A stretch of DNA of 64,000 bases from Candidatus Latescibacterota bacterium (lineage in GTDB: Bacteria; Latescibacterota; UBA2968; UBA8231), in NCBI GenBank assembly GCA_965215195.1, contig CBDCDC010000001.1, forward strand, positions 1,088,001 through 1,152,000, given 5' to 3'. Below the pieces are notes generated by a model, which saw only the letters and a list, made by a program, of their open reading frames with translations, made no database searches and was not told where the DNA came from. This document shows positions 58,841 through 64,000 of the stretch, piece after piece. A program made the translations under genes and the position numbers. Every line of letters starts with the position of its first letter. Positions within the stretch are counted from its first letter, which is position 1.

Positions 58841-59683
58841 ATGAATCAGCTAGACGGACAAATCGCCGTCGTCACGGGCGGTGCCCAGGGCTTGGGGCTG
58901 GGGATCGCCCGGCAGTTGGCCAGCGACGGGGCCAGCGTAGTTATCGCCGATCGGCAGGAGGATAAGGCGCGAGAGGAAGCTGTGCGGCTCCAGAGCGCGG
59001 GCCTAACCGCGCGGGCCGTGGCGCTCGATATAACCGACAGCGCGGCGGTGACTTCCTTTTTCGCCGCGCTAGTCGCCCAAGAGGAGCGAGTGGACATCCT
59101 AATCAACAACGCCGGCACTGGTCAGCAGGTGGCCCCGATAGTTGAGCTGAAGGACGCCGAATGGCACCGGGTGATGGACGCGACCTTGACCGGGGCCTTT
59201 TACTGCTGCCGCGCGGCCGGACGCATCATGGAAGAACAGGAGGCCGGCTGCATCGTCAATATCTCCTCGATCAACGGCCAGAATCCGGCCGCCTTGGTGG
59301 CCGCGTACAATGTGGCCAAGGCCGGCATCATTAGCCTCACCCGGACTCTGGCGCTGGAGTTGGCTGCGTACGGCGTGCGAGTCAACGCCGTGTGTCCGGG
59401 GCCGGTGTACACGGAATTCAACCAGCGCAACATGGCCCAACGCCGCGTCACCTTAGGGATATCCGAAGAAGAAATGATCGAGCGCATTCGCACGGCCATT
59501 CCCTTGGGCCGCTGGGGCGAGCCCGAGGATATCGCCCAAGGCGTGGCCTTTTTGTGCAGCCCAGCGGCCGCGTGGATCACCGGCGAAGTGCTCCGCGTCA
59601 GCGGCGGCATGGAAGGCGTGTCGGCCACGCCGCCGAAAAGACCGCGTCCGCAGAGGAGTTCGCATGACGACAGTAACTATTGA
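58841..59683 (+). CDS. short-chain dehydrogenase/reductase
   Basis: TGGAQGLG, NNAG, NISS, YNVAK, VNAVCPG. Confidence 0.95.
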   Translation: MNQLDGQIAVVTGGAQGLGLGIARQLASDGASVVIADRQEDKAREEAVRLQSAGLTARAVALDITDSAAVTSFFAALVAQEERVDILINNAGTGQQVAPIVELKDAEWHRVMDATLTGAFYCCRAAGRIMEEQEAGCIVNISSINGQNPAALVAAYNVAKAGIISLTRTLALELAAYGVRVNAVCPGPVYTEFNQRNMAQRRVTLGISEEEMIERIRTAIPLGRWGEPEDIAQGVAFLCSPAAAWITGEVLRVSGGMEGVSATPPKRPRPQRSSHDDSNY

Positions 59684-60032
59684 TGGTATGATATGGCAGC
59701 AATAGATCGGGTTTATCTAGATACAACGGTTCCCAGTGCCTACTACGATGATCGCGCACCAGATCGTCGACGCCTGACGCGAGAATTCTGGCAGAGTAGA
59801 TGCCTTGAAATGGATGCCGTCATCTCAACGATTACCCTATTGGAGATCCGTAATACTCCGAATGAGAATAAGCGTCAGAAGATGGAAATTTTGCTGCAAA
59901 ATATCACAGTACTAAGTTTTTCTAACGAAGCAGATAACCTAGCCCAAGAATATGTTCGACGAGGTATTTTCTCTGACAAATACACTTAGGACGCCAACCA
60001 TGTAGCTCTCGCCGTTGTCCATGGAATTGGTT

Positions 60033-61103
60033 TAGGACTTACGCAGTTGGATAGTTTAGGATAAGATAAAGGCTATTCCCCCTCCACCGCGAGCCCGTCC
60101 GATGAACCCAGCCAAGTGTGCCGACCACGACTACATCCACTTCCTGATCGCCGCTCAGAGTGTCTTCAGTTGTACCGAGGCCGCCCGCTGTCATCCGGAG
60201 GATGGCCCTCCTGTGTCCCATGACGCTTTCACGCGCCTGCTGACAAGACAGCCTCCCGATACCGAGGCGTTGTGGCAAGAGACCCAAGGGCTGGTTCGCC
60301 TCCAAGGCGGCGTGTTAGTGCTGGACGATTCCACCTTGGACAAGCCCTATGCCAAGCGGATCGAACTGGTGACGCGCCATTGGAGTGGCACCCATCACCG
60401 GGTAGTCTGGGGCATCAACCTTATAAGTATGGTCTGGTCGGACGGCCATGCTTGCATTCCCTGCGACTTCCGCGTCTATGACAAGCCTATCGGGGGCCAC
60501 AATAAGAACGAGCACTTCCGGGCGATGCTGGCCAGCGCCCAAGCGCGCGGCTTTCAGCCGGCGTGCGTGGTGTTCGATAGCTGGTATGCGTCCCTGGACA
60601 ACCTCAAGCGGATTCGCTCCTACGAGTGGGCTTGGCTGACGCGCCTCAAGGCCAACCGACAGGTCAACCCGGAGGGGAGCGGCAACGTGGCGATCCGCTC
60701 GGTGGCTATCGGACCGGAGGGCCGGCGGGTACATCTCAAAGGCTATGGGTTCATCAAGGTATTTCGGACGGTCTCGGCAAACGGAGACGCGCACTACTGG
60801 GCAACCAACGACCTAGAGATGGCAGTCAGCCGGTTTGAGGCATGGTCCAAGCGGGCGTGGTCCATTGAGACGTATCACCGAGGCCTCAAGCAGTGCTGCG
60901 GCGTTGAGCAGGCGCAGGTTCGGTCGGCCCGGGCGCAGAGAAATCATATCGCGTTGTCGATCCGCGCCTTCGTGCGGTTGGAGGTGCATAGACTCCAAAC
61001 CGGCGTTAGTTGGTATGAAGCCAAAAGGGACATCATCCGACAGGCCGTCCAGCGGTATCTGCAACGACCATTGCACAGGCTCAGTTCAACTGCGTAAGTC
61101 CTA
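60033..61103 (+). mobile_element. complete IS701-family insertion sequence (1071 bp)
   Basis: 17-bp perfect TIR TAGGACTTACGCAGTTG / CAACTGCGTAAGTCCTA; 5-bp duplication TGGTT at 60028-60032 and 61104-61108. Confidence 0.95.
60102..61097 (+). CDS. IS701-family DDE transposase
   Basis: LVLDDSTLDKPY, HWSG, VVFDSWY, W.IETYHRGLKQ, Q.R...AQRNHI. Confidence 0.93.
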   Translation: MNPAKCADHDYIHFLIAAQSVFSCTEAARCHPEDGPPVSHDAFTRLLTRQPPDTEALWQETQGLVRLQGGVLVLDDSTLDKPYAKRIELVTRHWSGTHHRVVWGINLISMVWSDGHACIPCDFRVYDKPIGGHNKNEHFRAMLASAQARGFQPACVVFDSWYASLDNLKRIRSYEWAWLTRLKANRQVNPEGSGNVAIRSVAIGPEGRRVHLKGYGFIKVFRTVSANGDAHYWATNDLEMAVSRFEAWSKRAWSIETYHRGLKQCCGVEQAQVRSARAQRNHIALSIRAFVRLEVHRLQTGVSWYEAKRDIIRQAVQRYLQRPLHRLSSTA

Positions 61104-61237
61104 TGGTTATCTTGCTAGCTGGAACTTTCGCCATCTGGTCAAGGTCAATACCCGCCGAGAGGTCAACTTGGTCAACGCCTTAGAAGGCTACAATCCTATC
61201 GAGATCGTTGCTCCACCCGAATTATAGGAGATGGACC

Positions 61238-61426
61238 GTGAACACTTTGACAAAGGACGCAAGAGATCGGCTTTGGGAGGAAGTCAGGGAAGAGTTTCCG
61301 CATGACGAGGTGATGCAGGAGGTACACTTCGTACGTCTTGTACATTTTTTACAGACGAAAGCTCTTACTCCAGAAGAACGTGTAAAGTTCTTTGGACAGA
61401 TAGAAAAAGCCGACGTGATCTCGTAA
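61238..61426 (+). CDS. small protein, probable partner of the disrupted PIN gene
   Basis: SD AGGAG, GTG start 10 nt after the PIN stop. Confidence 0.55.
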   Translation: MNTLTKDARDRLWEEVREEFPHDEVMQEVHFVRLVHFLQTKALTPEERVKFFGQIEKADVIS

Positions 61427-61500
61427 TTCAATAGTTTCAATAAACGTCCTCTATACCGAGATCGTTGCAACTCAAGCTAATCGACACAGATAACTACCCA

Positions 61501-63447
61501 ATGCCATTGTGGACGTCCCATCTGCTGCCCCTGCCCCACGAGATTTGCATTGCCGACAGTATCCGCTGTCGGCCGGGCGAAGTGGAGATTGCGCTGCGGC
61601 CCCAAGCTGGGCCAATTGAGCGTCAGGGTGCGGCCGAGTTGGAAGCACTGTTCATTGAAAAGGGACAAGCACAGCCAAATGGTGGGGCTTTTACCATCGA
61701 CATTGGCGTGGCGCCGGCAAACAGCGCGGCGATTGGACAGCTCCAGAGCTTGAAGAATAAGGCTCAGGCGTACCTCATTGAGCCACGGGGGCGAGACGGC
61801 CTAGTGCTGACGGGTATAGACGAGCGCGGCGCGTACTACGCCTGCCAGACCCTGATCCAGTTGCTCGAACCCGAAATGAGCGAGGAGCAGGTACACATCC
61901 CCTTGGCGCAGGTGATCGACTGGCCCGATATGGACGAGCGCGGCCTGTGGAATTTTCCCGAGCCTGCGACTTGGATCCCGTGGCTGGCCGCGCTCAAATT
62001 GAACTACGGCAAAATGGCCTCGACGCAATTGCATCCCATTGAACGCGGTCGGCGCAACCGGGCCACTATTGACCGCGAACAGTTCGAAGCGGCGCGGCAG
62101 CGGGCGTTCAATTATCTGCCCTATATTCTGCACCTCAACTTCCTGCACGACTGCGGCCTCTTCAGGGCCTATCCCGAACTGGCCGGCAGGGGAGACAGGG
62201 CTTTGACCGGGCGCTATTTCGCCCACAAGGCCGGCAATCAGCACCGGGTTCCCTGCGCTTCGCAGCCGCTATTGGTGCAAATTCTGCAAGAGTGGATGGA
62301 GGATATCGCCGGGCAGGGAGCCAGGGAAATAAGCTGCTGGTTGAGCGAACGGCCGGGCCAGTGCGGCTGTGTTGAATGCAGTGCAGTGGGGCAGTTCGTG
62401 CTGGAGGCGCGGGCTTTTGTCGCGGCTTGGCGGCAGGCGCAAAAGCGCTATTCCAACTTGCAGATACGCATCTTTTTATCGACCACCACCACCGTGCGCA
62501 ACTATCGGGTGCTGGACGAGTTGCCCCCAGAGGTGAAGATCGAGCGGGCCTGCGCTACCGAGTTGGAGCGGGTGCTGCACCGGCCCCGCGATTTAATGGC
62601 CAATCCCCTGCTGGACCACTATGCGGCCGCGGGGCGCTGGATCGCCAGTTACGATGTGCCCATTGCGGCCAACGGCCGGGTGGATACGCCCGAGTTCAAG
62701 GTGCCGCAGCGCTCGGCCCACCGCATGCGCGACTACATCGGCCAACTGGTGCGGCGGGGTTATAGCGGGGCTTATGGCATGATGGCTTGGGGCGGTCCAG
62801 AGCGCCAGATATGCAGTTTCAATATCCACGCCTTGGCCGAGTGGGCTTGGAACGCGCAAGGCCGCGACGAGGCGGAATTCGCTCTAGCATGGGCCCGGCG
62901 GGAAGGCTACGCCCAGCCAGAGGCCGTAGCCGAGTGGGCCACCTTGATGGGGCCGGTGGAATTCGACGTGTACGATTCCGATTTCCCGATATGCTATTCT
63001 TGGGGCAAGGCCGCAGACATGGTGCGGCAGCGCCAGCGGCCCTATTTGGGCGAGGGGATGTTCCGCTACTATCTCACGGCCGCGGATTTCGACGCCAAAG
63101 TTGCGATTTGCGACCGGGCCTTGGCACTTGTCGAGGGCCTTGGGGAAGCGGAGCTGGCTCACGAGACGCGGGTGGTGCGATCCTATGTGGAATTGGCGTG
63201 CGGCGTCTATTGGGTAGCCGAACAGGTGGCTACGCTCGACTTAGGGGATATGGAAAACCAAGTGCTGGTGCGCGGCAGTCTCGAGCAGTTGCAAAAGGCG
63301 GGGCAGGACAATGTCGAGGCCATTCGGGATTGGCGCACTGGCTTGGGCAGCCAGCCTTGGCACTACCGGGTACACGATGCTATGAAGGGCACGGAGACGA
63401 CCGTGGCGGAGATCGTCCAATGCGTGGCCGACCGCTACTTGTACTAG
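61501..63447 (+). CDS. protein with GH20-like N-terminal domain, putative glycoside hydrolase
   Basis: LLPLPHEI, QAYLI, LTGIDERGAYYACQTLIQL, IDWPDM.ERGLW. Confidence 0.65.
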   Translation: MPLWTSHLLPLPHEICIADSIRCRPGEVEIALRPQAGPIERQGAAELEALFIEKGQAQPNGGAFTIDIGVAPANSAAIGQLQSLKNKAQAYLIEPRGRDGLVLTGIDERGAYYACQTLIQLLEPEMSEEQVHIPLAQVIDWPDMDERGLWNFPEPATWIPWLAALKLNYGKMASTQLHPIERGRRNRATIDREQFEAARQRAFNYLPYILHLNFLHDCGLFRAYPELAGRGDRALTGRYFAHKAGNQHRVPCASQPLLVQILQEWMEDIAGQGAREISCWLSERPGQCGCVECSAVGQFVLEARAFVAAWRQAQKRYSNLQIRIFLSTTTTVRNYRVLDELPPEVKIERACATELERVLHRPRDLMANPLLDHYAAAGRWIASYDVPIAANGRVDTPEFKVPQRSAHRMRDYIGQLVRRGYSGAYGMMAWGGPERQICSFNIHALAEWAWNAQGRDEAEFALAWARREGYAQPEAVAEWATLMGPVEFDVYDSDFPICYSWGKAADMVRQRQRPYLGEGMFRYYLTAADFDAKVAICDRALALVEGLGEAELAHETRVVRSYVELACGVYWVAEQVATLDLGDMENQVLVRGSLEQLQKAGQDNVEAIRDWRTGLGSQPWHYRVHDAMKGTETTVAEIVQCVADRYLY

Positions 63448-63589
63448 CGGTCTGAAAATTCCGCGAACCGTCCCTTGTGTAGCAATCTAGGAGCGCGGGC
63501 GTCTCGCCCTCGAAAAACGTTCCAGCCGAGGGCCGCTGGACCGCTACTCAACGCGGTCCGACAGGGCGGTGAAGCAGACCGCTTCTAAG
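63445..63589. mobile_element. MITE family B, copy 2
   Basis: TAGCGGTCTG...CAGACCGCTTCTAAG, colinear with 47386..47562; left end slightly shortened. Confidence 0.85.
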
Positions 63590-63656
63590 GACTCTTCAGT
63601 AACTGATGTTACGCGCCATTCAGGCGTTGGTGCTCCTTGCGCGTCTGTCTAGCAAA

Positions 63657-63684
63657 GTAGGGCATAACGATCGTTATGCCCTAC
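63657..63684. repeat. perfect 28-bp palindrome (GTAG-type REP)
   Basis: GTAGGGCATAACGATCGTTATGCCCTAC is its own reverse complement. Confidence 0.85.
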
Positions 63685-63927
63685 CGTGCTGCCTACTTCA
63701 CGTTTCAGCGGCCCTCAACGTCGAAGCCGGCTTGTCCGGCCAAGCGCGGCAATGACACCCGACCGGTGGCCGCAAGCCGCAGACGCTGTATAAGAGCCTG
63801 CCCCGGCCAAGGCCGGGGATGCGGAACATCCGTTACCGATATGAACCATCCATTGGTGTTCGTCGATCACCCGCTGGGCTTCTCAGCCGGATCGTCCAGC
63901 GACATGAAACACCCCTACTACAAGACA

Positions 63928-64000
63928 TTATCGGTTGACCGTAACGCCTGCTGCTTCGAGGGCGGGGATGTGTGTGTTGATTGACTCGGCACTGAGGGTG
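63928..64000 (-). CDS. C-terminus of an internalin-like LRR protein (runs off window; absent from ORF track)
   Basis: TLSAESINTHIPALEAAGVTVNR* resembles the LS..SI..HIP.L...GV.V LRR C-cap. Confidence 0.6.
   Translation of the reverse strand, partial: TLSAESINTHIPALEAAGVTVNR

Larger units (their letters stand above)
59693..61227 (+). pseudogene. PIN-domain toxin broken by an in-frame TAG and an IS insertion
   Basis: VYLDTTVPS...KYT*DANHVALAVVHGIG|IS|YLASWNFRHLV...IEIVAPPEL; removing the IS and one TGGTT restores the frame. Confidence 0.9.

Noticed and set aside
59987-59989. In-frame TAG here (also 9670 and about 24680) as amber recoding
   Set aside because: Many intact genes in the window end in TAG, each case is in a gene broken in other ways, and no pyl genes are present

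Overview
GC-rich bacterial chromosome segment with no rRNA, tRNA or CRISPR array visible. Gene content suggests an FCB-group (Latescibacterota/Gemmatimonadota-like) organism, possibly a sponge symbiont; this is inference. The supporting genes are seven PhyH-type Fe/2OG oxygenases, sulfatases, Gfo/Idh/MocA oxidoreductases, amidohydrolases, eukaryote-like LRR proteins, and FlgD-type and TTWG..K C-terminal tags. The backbone is catabolic genes plus a surface-modification block (GT-C-like, EptA-like, sulfotransferases). AT-richer defence and toxin-antitoxin genes are interleaved, many broken by internal deletions. Mobile DNA: one complete IS701-family element in a PIN gene, two MITE families (two copies each) and GTAG-type REP palindromes. 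Top leads: (1) four colinear PhyH paralogues whose iron-binding motif reads HxD, HxG, HxG and HxH, so two are halogenase-like; (2) a GT-C-like gene whose reconstructed 5' end has a MITE insertion and an out-of-frame G15 tract, suggesting phase variation; (3) an LRR lipoprotein with variable-face cassettes; (4) a short TAV..TTWG..K C-terminal sorting motif; (5) repeated loss of toxins with antitoxins retained. All family calls come from motif recognition by eye, not database searches.
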